Positions 14,871 through 31,908 are shown, counted from the first letter of the stretch. The stretch is 64,000 bases of DNA from the human T2T-CHM13v2.0 reference genome, Homo sapiens (GCF_009914755.1 NC_060947.1), one strand, 5' to 3'. Made by a program: numbers and translations. Notes: generated by a model not told the origin, from the sequence alone.

Positions 14871-16018
14871 TTGCAAGATAAAAGTAACTTTACAGTGCAG
14901 AAATTGGACAACATCTTGACCAGGTAATGAAAATCAACATCCACAAGGGCAGGTGGACGTCCTGTGCCTCCAGAGGTGACACTCTGAGAAGGGTCTGTCA
15001 CCACCTATGCAGTATTTGGCTTAGGATCCATTACCTGAATCAAATCATGAAACCTGAGATCCCCAAAGGAAGAATGTTCTATTAAGAAAGAGGCCTGGTA
15101 CAAAAGTATTAATGTCAAAAAAGACAAAGGCTGTGAAAAGATTCCAGATTAAAGGAGGCTAAAGAGACATGGCAACTAAATGTAATACCTGACCCTATCC
15201 TAGATACTGTATTGGAGGAAAAAAAATGCTGTAAAGGACATTGTCAGTTGACAAGTTAGAATGTAGTTTAATACAAATATTGTATCCTATTTATTGAAGT
15301 TCTTATTGCAACCCTGAGCTTGAAGTTATTTCCAAGTAAAATGTTAAACATTTTAAAATAGGGGGAGGAATTCTTTTGGCACAGTTTATCTCCCATCTGC
15401 CTGAGGGCCATGCTAGCAAGACTTCTGGACACAGAATTGAAGACCTAAGAGCAATAAGGCTCCAGGGACCCGCGTAACACCCAAAGGAGCATTCTTCTGC
15501 TTTACAGTGTAGCCCAGGAGGCAGTAAGGTGGCAAGCTCCTCAGGCAGCAGAAGTCCTAGTGGTTAAATTATGTCTTTGAGGCTTTCTGTCTGCTACGCA
15601 AGAAACCAAAGCTGCATGGGCTCCCACCAGAGACTACGGAAGCCAGAGGAGCAGGGTCTGCCCATGATGTCTGCAGTAGGAGAAACAAAAAAGGGAGATA
15701 TGAGCAAGAGGATGGTGTGGCAGCTGGCTGTACAGCCGCACTCCAGTCCTGCTGGCTTAGAAATAAAAGGCCCCAGGGAAAGAACCTGCTTTAAAGACTT
15801 CCTGAGCCCGAGCTGCTGCTAAGACACTGCAGACGTTGAAGAGTTTTCTTTTTTTTTTTCTTTCCCTGATGTGTGTGGCAGAAGGGAGGGATGAGAGTGG
15901 GTTCAAAGACTTGAATTAAGGCAAAGAGCCCCACATTGTAATATTTCAGATTTGAAAATAGGATCTGATTAAAAAGGTTGTCCAATTAGTTTTACAAGGA
16001 AAGTGACCGAGGACTTCA

Positions 16019-16556
<538 letters not shown>

Positions 16557-17042
16557 AGCTAGAGTAATGGTCAAATGGAAAATTGGATGGGTCACATTGC
16601 AGAAAAATGAAGACAGCTGTTGCATGAACCACTGCTTAATTTAAATGTAAATATCAATGTACTGCTCTAAGTGGCCGTGAAAGCAATAGGTGTTGCCATA
16701 GTAATTGCTAAAATGTGTGTCTGATTTCCAAGGGTTGGAAATTTTCTCATGTATATGATTAAAAAGCCAATTTGATACCACCCAAAGCAATGTATAGATT
16801 CAATCCAATCACTACCAAAATACCAATGACATTCTCAACAGAAATAGGAAAAACGATCCTAAAATGTATATGGAACCACAAAGGACCCCAAATAGTCAAA
16901 GCAATCCTGAGCAAAAAGAACAAAGCTGGAGGCATCATACTACTGGACTTCAAAATATACTACAAAGCTGTAGTAGCCAAAACAGCATGGTACTGACATA
17001 AAAACAGACATCAACCAGTGGAACAGAATAGAGAACCCAGAT

Positions 17043-17497
<455 letters not shown>

Positions 17498-18179
17498 TCA
17501 AAATGGGTTACAGACTTAAGTATAAGATCTGAAACTATGGAACATCTAGAAGAAAACGTTGGGGAAATGGTCAGGATGTTGGTCTGGGCAAAGATTTTTT
17601 GTGTAAGACCTCAAAAGCACAGGCAACTGAAGCAAAAATAGAGAAAAGGGATTACATCAAACTAAAAAGCTTCACAGCAAAGGAAACAGAAAAGAGACAA
17701 CCCACAGAATGGGAGAATATATTTGCAAACTAATGATCTGACAAGGGGTGGATAACTAGACTATATAAGGGGCTCGAACAACTCAGCAAAAAAATCCATT
17801 CAAAAGTGGGCAAAGGACATATCCTCAAAAGAAGACATACAGATGGCCAATAGGCATATGAAAAAATGCTCACTAGCACTAATCATCAGAGAAATGCAAA
17901 TCAAAACCACAATGAGATATCATCTCACCCTAGTTAAAATGGCTCTTATAAAAAAGGGAATAATGGGTGCTGGTGAGGATGTGGAGAAGGGGAACCCTCC
18001 TATGCTGTTGGTGGGAATGTAAATTACAACAGCTGCAATGGAAAAGTATGGAGGTTCCTCAAAAAACTATAGATATATCTATATAGATATACCATACATC
18101 TATATATATATCATACATCTATATCTATATAGATATATATCTCTATATAGATATACCATACATCTATATCTATATCTGT

Positions 18180-18684
18180 ATCTACTCCCTATCTCCAAGA
18201 GATCTACCTTTTTAGCTCCCACTTTGATACTTCTCTTACTGTGCTTGGCATGTTTCATTTAACGTGACCTCCATTTCCATCCACATTTCTGCAAATGACA
18301 GGATTTCCTTTTTATGGCTGAATAATATTCCATACTATATAATACATATAGATATAGATGTATGGTATATCTATATAGATATATAGTATATATCCAAAAG
18401 TAAGGAAATAAGTATATTTAAGAGAGATTTGCACTCCCATGTTTATTGCAGCACTATTCACAGTAGCCAAAATACGGAATCAACCCAAGTGTCCATCAAT
18501 AGATGAGTGGATTAAATGAATTTGTACACAGTGGAATGTTATTCAGCCATAAAAAGGAAATCCTGTCATTTGCAGAAATGTGGATGGAACTGGAGGTCAC
18601 GTTAAATGAAACATGCAGAGCACAGTAAGAGAAGTATCAAAGTGGGAGCTAAAAAGGTAGATCTCTTGGAGATAGGGAGTAGAT
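18180..18684. repeat. 153-bp inverted repeat (18180-18332 vs 18532-18684) with 199-nt spacer
   Basis: Manual alignment to the reverse complement shows 4 mismatches in 153 nt and no gaps. Confidence 0.92.
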
Positions 18685-19888
18685 TGGTGGTTATTGGAGG
18701 CCAGGAAGGGTGACGGGAGGGGATGGAGAGAGGTTGATTAATGGGTACAAATATACAGTGTGATAGAAGAAATGAAACCTAGTGTTTGATCAGTAGGGTG
18801 TCTGGTTTATAATTACTGTATATTTCAAAATAGAAGAAAATAGTTCTAATGTTTCTAGCATAAATAAAAGATAAATATTAAGGTGATGGGTATACCAGTG
18901 ACAGTGATTTGATCTTTACAAGTCATATGGACTTACGAAATTATCACATGTACCCCCAAAATATATTATGTATCAATAAAAATAAGCACTAAAGAAAGGT
19001 AATTTGATAAACCATTAATCTGGGGCTTCTTTTTAAGCTCTCCCCAAAAGGCATGGAGACCCCCAGCCCTTGAAAGATTACAAAACAGTGCTGGTGGATA
19101 GAGGCCCATTAGGAGAGACTTTGAAGCAACAAGCAGTGCAAAAATGATCAAGGATTCTGAAAGGGTATGGATTGTTCATTTGCAGACACTGCCCTGACAG
19201 CTAGAAGGTTCTAAACACAAGGATAAGGGATTATACCCTTTATTCACCTAAGCATGCAACTTACTGAAGTCTGGATTGTGCTTTGATTTCATGGCTTTAG
19301 GTAAGTTTATTTCTGTGGAGAGTAAAACTGGAACAAACTTCACTTTGTGCTTGCGTCTTTTGCAAGTTTATTGAAAATACAAAGAATAATAAGGGGAAGA
19401 ATTAGAGGTTATATGATTCTGTCCTGATGCTGTACTAGAACAGCTTTTGGCAGCGCTTATAGACCACTTTTGCTGTAGCCTCTGTGTAAAGGGTCATAGA
19501 CAACGTGTGGGATATATCCACGGCAATGTGTAGAGGAAAGAACACGTGGGCAGCCTCTTTAGCAGCAAAGAAAAATAAAAGCCACAGGGCACTAGGAGGG
19601 CTGCTGGAAACAGAAGCATGAAGGGGAAGTTAAGACTTTATAAGGTGAAGGCTGTAAAGAAAGTGCACAAGTTTTAGGTTAAGGGAGGGCAGGGCTGGAG
19701 GTGATTTATTACAAGTACTTTATAAAACACTGAACGTTTAGAAGACACTGCAAAGCCTAATACTATTTAGCCCTGCTATAGCTATATAAAAAATAAACTC
19801 TTAGGTTTCTCCATAACCAAAAAGCCATCAGGCCCTTCCAATCTTATTCCCTCCCCTAACTCCCCAAGCTAGAAAGATATCTGGGCTG

Positions 19889-20345
19889 GTGTTAGAGATT
19901 GAATTGTCTTCCTCAAAAAGACGTTGAAGTCCCAATCCCCAGTACCTATGAATGTGACCTTATTTGGAAATAGGGTCTGTGCAGATGGTAAGATGGGGTC
20001 CTTAGGTTGAGACCTTATCCAATGACTGATGTCCTTATATTAATGGCAAAACAGCAGTTACTTTTGCACCAACCTGATAAAGGAAATTTGGACACAGAGA
20101 CATGTGCAGAGGGAAGATGATATGAAGACACCGGGAGAATACCATCTACAAGCCAAAGAACAGCTGAGGCTACCAGAAGCTAGGAGAGAGGGATGAAACT
20201 GAGTCTCCCTCACAGCCCTCATAAGAAACCAACCTTGCTGATGCCTTCATCTGGGACTTCCTAGCCTTTAGAACTGAGACAATTTCTGTTGTTTAAGCCA
20301 CCCAGTTTATGGTACTTTGTTACAGCATCACCAGGAAACTAGTTC
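19889..20345 (+). mobile_element. MLT1 (MaLR) LTR with a MADE1-like fragment near 20040-20078
   Basis: GAATGTGACCTTATTTGGAAATAGGGTC..GTTTAAGCCACCCAGTTTATGGTACTTTGTTACAGCA; insert TAATGGCAAAAC..TTACTTTTGCACCAACCT. Confidence 0.75.
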
Positions 20346-20849
20346 AAATGGTCTACAGAATAATTAGACAGCAGATGGAGGAAGGTTTGTGTATCAGTCA
20401 GCTGTCACTGCGATAATACCGCATAGCAAGCAAACTTGAAATGTCAACAGCTTCAAGCAACAAGTGTTGATTTTTCTCCTCAGCCATCTGCAGGTTGGCT
20501 GGGGGTTCAGCTGATCTAGGCTGGGCCCTATTTCAAACTGTGTTAGGTCCACGTTTGCTCCACATGTCTCTCATCATCCTTGGATCGTTGGCTACCTGAG
20601 ACGTGTTCTCACAGCAAAAGGCACGGAGCACAAGAGGACGGGCACAATGACACAAGCACATGTCAAGCCTCTGTGTGTGCCATGTCTGTCAGTATTCCAT
20701 TGGCCATAGCACACCGCATAGCCAAACCCAGGGCGAAGAGACCGGGCAGTACCCTTTGCCAATCATGAGGCAAGGAGATGGATGATAGGGGAGTGAATAA
20801 TTGGCAAAGAGATTTCAATCTACCCCATTTGACTCCTGAATTTATTGTA

Positions 20850-21083
20850 AGAGGCCAGGAGTTCAAGACTAGCCTGGCCAGATGGTGAAATCCCATCTCT
20901 ACTAAAAGTGTAGAAATTAGCCAGGCGGGTTGGAGCACTCCTGTAATCCCGGCTACTTGGGAGGATGAGGCATGAGAATCACTTGAACCCAGGAAGCAGA
21001 GAGTGCAGTGAGCTGAGATCCCGCCACTGCACTCCAGCCTGGGAGACAGAGTGAGACTCCGTCTCAAAAAAAAAAAAAAAAAA
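20850..21083 (+). mobile_element. 5'-truncated Alu
   Basis: Starts at GAGGCCAGGAGTTCAAGA and ends in poly-A. Confidence 0.9.
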
Positions 21084-21602
21084 GGTGTTTTAGGAACTAG
21101 GAAAGTTCCTTTCTCAGGGATAGCAGCAGTCTAGCTTGACTCTGACAAACGTGGTGAAGACTAAATCCTATAGCCTGGTATCACACTTTAAGTGAAGCAT
21201 TCAACAGATGACCTTTTATTAGCAAAGATGTTAAAACCTTTGCAGGAAATAACCAAAAGCACTAATGGGCATCTTATATGTAAAATAATACTGTGAAGTG
21301 CACAGACATCCTACATTGTATGAGATGCTAACATTTGTGGTTTCCTGGAAAGAACATTGTTCTGAAAAATGAGGAAAGGTGCCCTCTGGTGAACATATTC
21401 TTTTGGTAGTTAGAGAACCTGAAACACAGGCTAAATTGTATTCCATCCTTTGACATGAAAGTTGAGAGTTACAAGGCAGTGTTGTTCCTTCTCTCCACTC
21501 CTTGCTTTTAGTAGTAGAATCAAGACCCACTTGAGAAATCATCCTAAATTTCCAGGACTAAAAGTCAATAGTGTTGTCTCTTTACTCTGTTGTTTTTTTG
21601 GT

Positions 21603-21606
<4 letters not shown>

Positions 21607-21651
<45 letters not shown>
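21607..21651 (+). repeat. (TG)n microsatellite, about 22 units, in an Alu tail
   Basis: Visible directly. Confidence 0.95.
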
Positions 21652-21908
<257 letters not shown>

Positions 21909-22010
21909 AAGTATCAGGTTTCAAAAGTTAGTGGGCAAGCTCAGAATTTATACCAGCGCAGCCAGTCTGCCTACTATGTTGTGCCACTGCTGCCTTTAAA
22001 AGAAATCAGA

Positions 22011-22309
22011 GGCCAGGCGCGGTAGCTCACGCCTGTAATCCCAGCACTCTGGGAGGCCGAGGTGGGCAGATCACGAGGTCAGGAGTTCGAGACCAGCCTG
22101 GCCAATATAGTGAATCCCCGTCTCAACTAAAAATACAAAAAATTAGCCAGGCATAGTGGTGCACACCTGTAGTCCCAGTTACTCAGGAGGCTGAGGCAGG
22201 AGAATCTCTTGAACCTGGGAGGCGGAGGTTGCGGTGAGCCGAGATCAGGCCACTGCACTCCAGCCTGGGCAACAGAGTGAGACTCTGTCTCAAAAAAAAA
22301 AAAAAAAAA
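22011..22309 (+). mobile_element. Alu (Sg-like)
   Basis: Dimeric Alu with A-tail; flanked by AAATCAGA. Confidence 0.93.
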
Positions 22310-22738
22310 TCAGATGGCAGAATCTGGAAAAATATTAATGGCCACACCTGCTTTAGTATTTACATTTACAAAAAACAATTGTACAAAACTGGTTTCATTT
22401 TTAAGACCTATTACTTTAATTTCCCCAAATGCTCAATTTTTCCCTCCAGTTTCTCCATGTGTCTCCAAGTTCACTGGGTATGTTAGATGATAATTAAATG
22501 AGGGCAGTAAAGATGTTAGATGTCCTCGATGTATCCTGGAAGGACTCATTTAAGGGAGGATAGGGTGATCTTCCATTTGTATGTTAAAAAGGGTTAAGGT
22601 TAGATATTTACTTTAAGTAGCTCTGTAAGCTCTGGAAGTCACAGGGCCCATGCCCTGTTGAGCTTTGCACCCCAGGGTTGGGCAGGCACACGGGACCCAA
22701 TAAAAAGAAAATGAAAATATAAACAATCAAAGAGATGA

Positions 22739-22927
22739 GGCCGGGTGCAGTGGCTCATGCCTCTAATCTCAGCACTTTGGGAAGCCGAGGCGGGTGGATC
22801 ACCGGAGGTTGGAGCTCGAGACCAGACTGGTCAACAGGGTGAAACCCTGTCTCTACTAAAAATACAAAATTAGCTGGGCGTGGTGGCAGGTGCCTGTAAT
22901 CCCAGCTGCTCAGGAAGCTGAGGCATG
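22739..22927 (+). mobile_element. 3'-truncated Alu
   Basis: Ends abruptly at GCTGAGGCA. Confidence 0.88.
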
Positions 22928-23647
22928 ACATATCTGGTGGTTTGGCTGTGGAAGACCCAGTAACATGCCAAGGACTTAACAGGGGATTCAACATAACAGT
23001 AATAGTAGTTACTAATTTATGTTTCAACTTGGCACAGATACATGGAGAAAGAAATCCACGTGAAAGAGATGATCAGCCATCTCTTTCATGGAACAAATGC
23101 ATTTAACTAGGCCTGAATTCACAGGCCTTCAAAATTTGTAAGACTGATGTCAATATCCTCATGGAAGAATCAGAACACCACAATAATGTTACTAGGAAAA
23201 AGACGTGGAGAAGTTGGAAAATATTCACATTACTATAGGGTTTTGTTGTGTGCCAAAGAGCTCCTTTAAAACATGGGACCAGCCACTGAAGTCACTGCAT
23301 GTGAAGGGCTAAAAAACCAAAACTGTTAGAAATTATAAAGATACTTGGCAAAATTTATCAGAGGTGACCTACACTTGTGCCCTTTTCCTGTATTACCACC
23401 CAGTGCTTGGCTCCTGGATTTGAAATTTGTAATTCCTGCACATTCATTTTAAAAAAAGAAAACCACAGTTCTTCCAGTACCTTCCATCTTCCCACATGTC
23501 TGCATCTCCAGGCTTCAAATTTATTATATGTTGTTAAATTGCTTTTCAAAACGGTGTACCAATTTACACTTATGATTAGGGTTATGAGGGTTGAAAGTGC
23601 TCCATTGCCAATTGACATTGTAGACTTTTAAATTTTTTGCCAGTCTC

Positions 23648-23925
23648 TGCCGGGTGCAGTGGCTCACGCCTGTAATCCCAGCACTTTGGGAGGCTGAGGA
23701 AGGAGGATTGCTTAGCTCAGGAGTTCAAAACCAGCTTGGGTAACATGGCAAAACTCCATCTCTACCAAATATACAGAAATTAGCCGGGCGTGGGGGCGGG
23801 CGCCTGTAATCCCAACTACTCAGGAGGCTGAGGCATGAGAATTGCTTGAACCCATGAGGTGGAGGTTGCAGTGAGCCGAGATTGGAGATTGTACCACTAC
23901 ACTCCAGCCTGGGTGACAGAGCAAG

Positions 23926-23957
<32 letters not shown>
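23648..23957 (+). mobile_element. Alu with (TCAA)n tail, inserted in an old minus-strand L1M fragment (about 23400-24420)
   Basis: TSD AATTTTTGCCAGTCT on both sides; flanks resemble antisense L1M ORF2. Confidence 0.88.
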
Positions 23958-23958
<1 letters not shown>

Positions 23959-24766
23959 TTTTGCCAGTCTGGAGATGTGAAATGGTCATTTCTTGTAGTT
24001 TAAATTTTCATTTACCTGAGTATTAATGAGGCTGGGCATATTTTTGTAAGTTAATTGGCCAGTGTTCCTCTTTGGAAAAATGCCTGCCTTTTTGTCCATT
24101 TGGCTATTGGGCTTTGATTTTCTTATTGATCAGTTGTACTTTAAATCTTCAGGATAATAATCCATTGTTGCTTGTATTTTTGTTAAAAGTGTCTACTCTC
24201 AGTCTGTAGTGTGTCTTTTTCATTTTTAGTAGTGTTTTTGGATGCACAGAAGTTTTTTATTTTGATGTAGTCAAATTTGTCAGTCTGTTTCCTTTATGAT
24301 ATGTGTTTGTGTCTTGTTTTAGAAACCTTTCCCTAACCTGATTTTCTGTATATCTTCCAGTGTTTTAAACTTTTGCTTCTCATAATGAGGGCTGTCATTT
24401 GTCTGGTATTCCTTTTGGCGGGGGGGGGGCTTTTAAAAGAAGGTAGCTGAAAGTAGAAGAGAAAAAAGGCAGTAGCTGCCATATTGCATTGATCACTTGT
24501 TGCAACCCCATTCAAAATGATTCCCTTTTAAGTATTTCCAGAATCTGATGTATTTTCACTTCACCTCTAAAAAAATAATCAAGACTCCGTCTCAAAAACA
24601 AAACAAAACCGAACAACCTTGGATTAAGTGCAGTGTTGTACCATTTTTCAAAACATAGCCAGAGCTAGTGTCCTGATGATTAGAATATGTTATTAAAACA
24701 AAATGCATTTTAAAAAAACAACATTTTCACAAGGGCATGCCTTGGCGGTCTTGTCTTTGCCACTAA

Positions 24767-25285
<519 letters not shown>

Positions 25286-25526
25286 TAGTTCCTGAGGACA
25301 ATAAGGTGATCATTTATTTATTTAATACATTATGGGCACTTACTATATTTCAGGCTCTGGCATGGGTAAGTGAAGCAAGATGACAAAAGGCCCTTAAGAA
25401 TGTCCCCCAGTCTAAGGAGACTAACTCACAGGCATAAAACAGTGGGCTGCTGTCTCCTGATGCTGCATGGTGTGCCCCATGGACATTTGAAACAATACAA
25501 GTAACCATGTAAAATGGCCAAAAAAG

Positions 25527-25818
25527 GGCTGGGTGTGGCAGCTCATGCCTGTAATCCCAGCACTTTGGGAGGCAGAGGCAGGAGGATCGCTAGAGCCCAG
25601 GGGTTTGAGACCAGCCTGGGTAACATAGTGAGACCCCCATCTCTACAAAATATCAAAAAATGACCTGGGTGTAGTGGCGCATACCTGTAGTTTCAGCTAC
25701 TCAGGAGGCTGAAGCAAGAGGATTGCTTGAGTCTGGGAGGTCAAGGCTGCAATGGGCCATGATTGCGCCACTGCACTCCAGCCTGGGTGACAGAGTGAGA
25801 CCCTGTCTCAAAATAAAA
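25527..25818 (+). mobile_element. AluJ
   Basis: GGAGGATCGCTAGAGCCCAGG and GGTCAAGGCTGCA J-type diagnostics; flanked by AAAATGGCCAAAAA. Confidence 0.9.
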
Positions 25819-28096
25819 TGGCCAAAAAGGGACAGAGGAAGGAGAGCGTGAGTGCTTTTAAGCACTCGAACGGAAACTCTGATGGTTAGGTGGAAGATAC
25901 AGTCAAGGGATAGCTGTATATTTCCCATGTTTCTTTTTTCCTTTTTAAATTCATCATCCTTTTAGATAGAAATGTTTAGGGGAAACAGCAGGGAAGGGCT
26001 GCCAGGAACATAGCAATTTGGTTTACCAAGATCATTATATTTAGTACTTTAATGTCTAGCTTTTGAGGTGGGGGTGAGGGGTGTTGGATTTAAGAAAAAG
26101 TAAACAGTTGTTCTTAATTATACCATACTATGAGACTTGGTGTGCTAGCTTCAAACAAAATAATACAGTCTTTTCACCATTACAGGAACATCAGTGACTA
26201 AACAGAATCGATCATCTGGGTGGTTATGATTGGAAGTTATTGCAGTTAAATAATGCTAAGTCTTTGAGACAAGCAGTAAACTCCAAATGGAATTCATGGC
26301 TAATATCAGTGAGGCAGTCTACTGTGTAATGTAGTATTTATCACCTCCTTTGGAAGACGAATGATCTTTTCGGTTTGCATAATGTATTACATTTTTGAAA
26401 TTCATATATCATCTGTGTTTTATATAATAGTAATACAATAAAACGTTCCTAGAATGTGACATGTTGAAAAACATTGTCTCCTTAAACAAATGAACATGTG
26501 TATATTATTTAAGAACCCATAACTGAGGTATTTTCCTTTTTGCTTTAACTGTCAAGGCCCTCATTTGCAGTGGGTAACTCATCCTCACTCTCTTTTCACC
26601 TAAGATCTGTATTTCTCTGCTTTAAAAAAATTCTTATAATTTAAATCTATTTGAGTATTTTCAGTGGGAAAGGATTTAATATCGTAAGCTACGGGATAAG
26701 GAGCTACAGTTTTGCCCTTAGCTCTGGGCAACAGGGACCCTGCTCTGGGTCCTGGCTTCAAGAGGGCTCCACTCTGGCTATCCTGGGGCTATGCCCTTCA
26801 CCATGGAGTGAAGGATCTGCAGTGCCAAGGGGATGTGCCTGTGTCCCTTTCTAAAACACAGTTTTTATCTCTGAGACTACTAATGTTCTGTTTAAACTTG
26901 CTCAGAGCTCACATCCAGGGCCCATGGGGGTCTCCTTCTCAGCTTGTCATCCCATCCTCCTGAGGGAAGACTGTGCCTGGGCTCCCATGTGTTGTCAAGG
27001 TGCTGCTGGGATGGGGGATGTGAAAAGAGAAAGGGGATGGGCCAAGGACTGGGGCCCGCTCTCCAACGCGTTTCTATCTGAAACTCCCAGGAGTCTGAGA
27101 ATTCTGAATTGGAATCAGGCCTTCCAGGTGGGTATGAAGTATATTTCCAAGGTAGGAGGAGGGAATGTATTTGATTGAACAGTTTGTAGCCTGATTTACA
27201 GCTTTAAATGGTATGTGGCTGCCCCTCCATCTTCGCTCATGGGTACTCTTCGCTCAGACCCATGTAGTGATGAGCATGGGGACCTATATTATAGTTTTTT
27301 TAGAAATAGGGACAATGAGTATTCATTAAGCTATGTTTGGAAGAATAATGGCAAATTTATTATGTCAAACAAGCTCTTTTAGAGTTGAGGTCTTTCAAAT
27401 GCATTATAAAACTGAAAATAATCAGTAAAAATTTGAAAATCGTATCTTAGTTTCCATCCCCCATTTGTAAATGATGCCCTATTTTATGTCCATCCATCCA
27501 TTTTTTTTCTTTTCCACTGAGTATTCTATTGGCAGAAAGTTCTAGAGAAGTGAGATATGTTTTGATTTGAATAAAGTCAGGCTTGGTGAACTCAGAGAAT
27601 ACTTGATATCAAGGAATTCGATAGTAAGTTTTAAGGCAACCCATCAGAGGAGATGTGAACCACACTCGGTAACCACTATCTTGATCATCCTTGACCATGA
27701 CTAGTAACTACAGAGTCTGTTATTGCTCCTCTCTTTTCCTTACTCTTCGTTCTGGCTACACAAATCACATACTGAACCCAGCCTTTTCAGGCTGACTTCG
27801 GTAATCTCATTGTGATTTCAGTTGCATTCATCCTGCAAGGTTAAATGCCTTCTCGGTCAGGTCCCAGAGGTATAAAGCTGTCCAAATCGTGGTCCCAACC
27901 ACCAGGTGGCTGAAAGACTGGACACCTGCTGTCCTTACTACCAATAGGAACACAACCAACTAGGGTTAGAGGTTGACCAGGGTCTGCAGTGAAGAGCAAG
28001 AGACCAAAGGAGAGGTGATGTTTCCTTTCCATTCCCTTCCCTCCCCCCCGCTCCCCTCCCCTTCCCTCTCCTCCCCTCTCCTCTCCTTTCCTTTCC

Positions 28097-28344
<248 letters not shown>

Positions 28345-29910
28345 GATGTTTTCTTAAATTGTGGTAAAAAACACTTCCCTTCCCTACCTCTTCTCTCCTC
28401 TTCTCCCCCCAACTCCTCTCTTCTCCCATCCCCTCTCCTTTCATTTCCTCTTCTTTCCATTATTTCTTCATCCCTCCCTCTTTTCCTCCCCCAGTAAGTC
28501 TGGACTGAATACCTCCCATAGGCATAGACAGCCCCAAATAAGAATTTTAAAACACAAACAATGGAGACATCTATAAGGCATATCTATGGGTGGCAAACAT
28601 GAAATATTAAGAAACAGAATAATAATAATGCCTGCCACTTCATCAGAAACCATTTTAAGCACTTCATAACTATTATAATCATAGTTTATTATTATCTCCC
28701 ATTGCCAGATGACAAAATTGAGACCCTGAGAGATTAGGCAATTTTTTCAAGGTCACATAGCAGTAAGTAGCAATGCCAGGAATCCAATCCAGGGAGTTTG
28801 TTCCCAAATACCAGGTATTTAACCACTGTCACACTGCACTATCCTGCCTGGCAGCGTGGAAACATGTATCAACGTGAATCAACGTATATCAACGTGAATG
28901 GTGCAGTTAGCAGTTACAAGAAAAAGAGAAGGGAGCTCTGTTAGTGTTATGTGAGGAAAGCAGAAACCACTCTAGGTATTTCAAACAAGTGTATTTAATG
29001 TAGGGAATTGGTTTCAAAGGTAGTGGAAAGGCAGAAGGAACAAAGGAGAGGATGTTACCCAGAGTTCAGTGACTGCAAAAGGCCGCTACTGCCCTTAAGA
29101 CTAGAGAAGCAAACAGGGAAAAGGAATGTGGCCTAAAGTCCACATCACACTCACCTCGGAGGCTGCTGCTGCTACTGCTGAGTGGGACTCTAGGAGCCAC
29201 AATCCCATTGATGCTGCCAGAGTCTGCAGTCATCTGCAGCCATGTGCCCCTGCAGCTGTCACATTTGCGGTCTTTATGTAGGATCCCGGAGTTTCCTCCT
29301 GTGGCCCTGGATAAACCCAGGATCAGTAAAGAAAAAATAAACCAGGCTTCTACATTCCTCCTGTTTTTGAATTTCCTATTAATGCCTTCCCTTGACAGAG
29401 TCTAACAGGAACTCAGCTGGCAAGGGAGCCTGGAAAATGTAGTTCGTGGGCTTCCAGCTGCCAACCATACACTGAACACACTAGAAGATCACAGTGGGGC
29501 TGAAAGCCAAAGCGTATTCTACATGCTCAGTGTTGCATAAGAAAACGTGGATACAGGGAAGAAAAAAACATTTAACCGAATCTAAGATTCAATCGATTGT
29601 AAGATTGTAAGATGTATCATAATACCACCATAATAATACCATCGAGAAAGAAAAATACCGTCAAATTATGCCACATCACCACTTACGAGGTACATTCTAC
29701 TTCTAGAAATGTTAAAGCTTGAAAAAAAGTCCCTGTTAAAATTGATAAGATACAGTAAATGTCTGATCTCAACTTACATGTAGTCTAATGGGGCAGACTT
29801 CTGCAGAGACTATTGTAATACAACCTGACATCCTGTGACCCTGTGACCTTACTAAGAAGAGGGGTCTGGGAAGATTTTCTCGAGGAGGTAAAATCTGAGC
29901 TGAGTCTTAA

Positions 29911-30274
<364 letters not shown>

Positions 30275-30849
30275 GAGAAATATTTTCAAAGCGCAAAAGG
30301 CTGGGTAAAGTTTAGTGCATTTGAGAACTTGAAGGGGTTTAGAATGACTGGTGTGTAGGGTGTAAATTGAGAAGCCGTGCACAGGTGAGCCTGGAGGATT
30401 GCGTGGGCTCAATCATGCAGGAACTCAATGTGAAGTATTTTTACATTTTCCTAAAAACTGACAGCAGCCACTGAAGGATTTTAAGAACATCAAAAGTCCA
30501 TTTGAAATTTGACTCAGGACTGCAATTTAGTTGGTTCATACCAGTGTGGCTGCTGCTGTTGTGAAATAGTGAAATATCTCCTTACTAGCTGTGGATGGCT
30601 GCCCCTCTGGACCCCCTGCAGCCTCCTCCAATCCACCCCCTCTCCTAGAACCCTCCAGATCCAGCAACTAAGATAGTACAGTAGGGGCCACCGAAACTGG
30701 CCCCAGTCCCCTGGTCAGTGCCATGCCATGGTGGTTGTTAAATATTTTGAATGGCATCACTGTTTTCACTACATAAGTTTAATGTTTAGTTTTGTTGGTT
30801 CTTCAGTCCACTTTACCACATTGCAGAGAGATTTAATGGTTGCCCTACA

Positions 30850-31672
<823 letters not shown>

Positions 31673-31908
31673 CTCTAAGCCCCTTGTCCTCATAAACATC
31701 TAGGTAAGCCATCCTTGAACAATTGGTTGTTATTAATCAAGGGCATACAAACTTCTATAGGTTAATAGTCTAACCAAGGAGTAGGGTGAGTGTGACCAGT
31801 TTGAGGATACAGCAAGTAAACGCTAGTTGGATGAATAGTTATTTCATTTTAAAATTGTTATGCAGTGGAGTGCTTTGGAAAAGGTATTAATATTGTGGGT
31901 TTGGGAGC

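Noticed and set aside
18061-18400. Repeat-spacer-like pattern suggestive of a CRISPR-type array
   Set aside because: The units are irregular AT-rich palindromes within an L1; there is no constant repeat/spacer period and no cas genes, and the context is eukaryotic.
27230-27280. Short direct (TCTTCGCTCA x2) and inverted (CATGGG/CCCATG) repeats
   Set aside because: Too short to distinguish from chance or a trivial micro-duplication.
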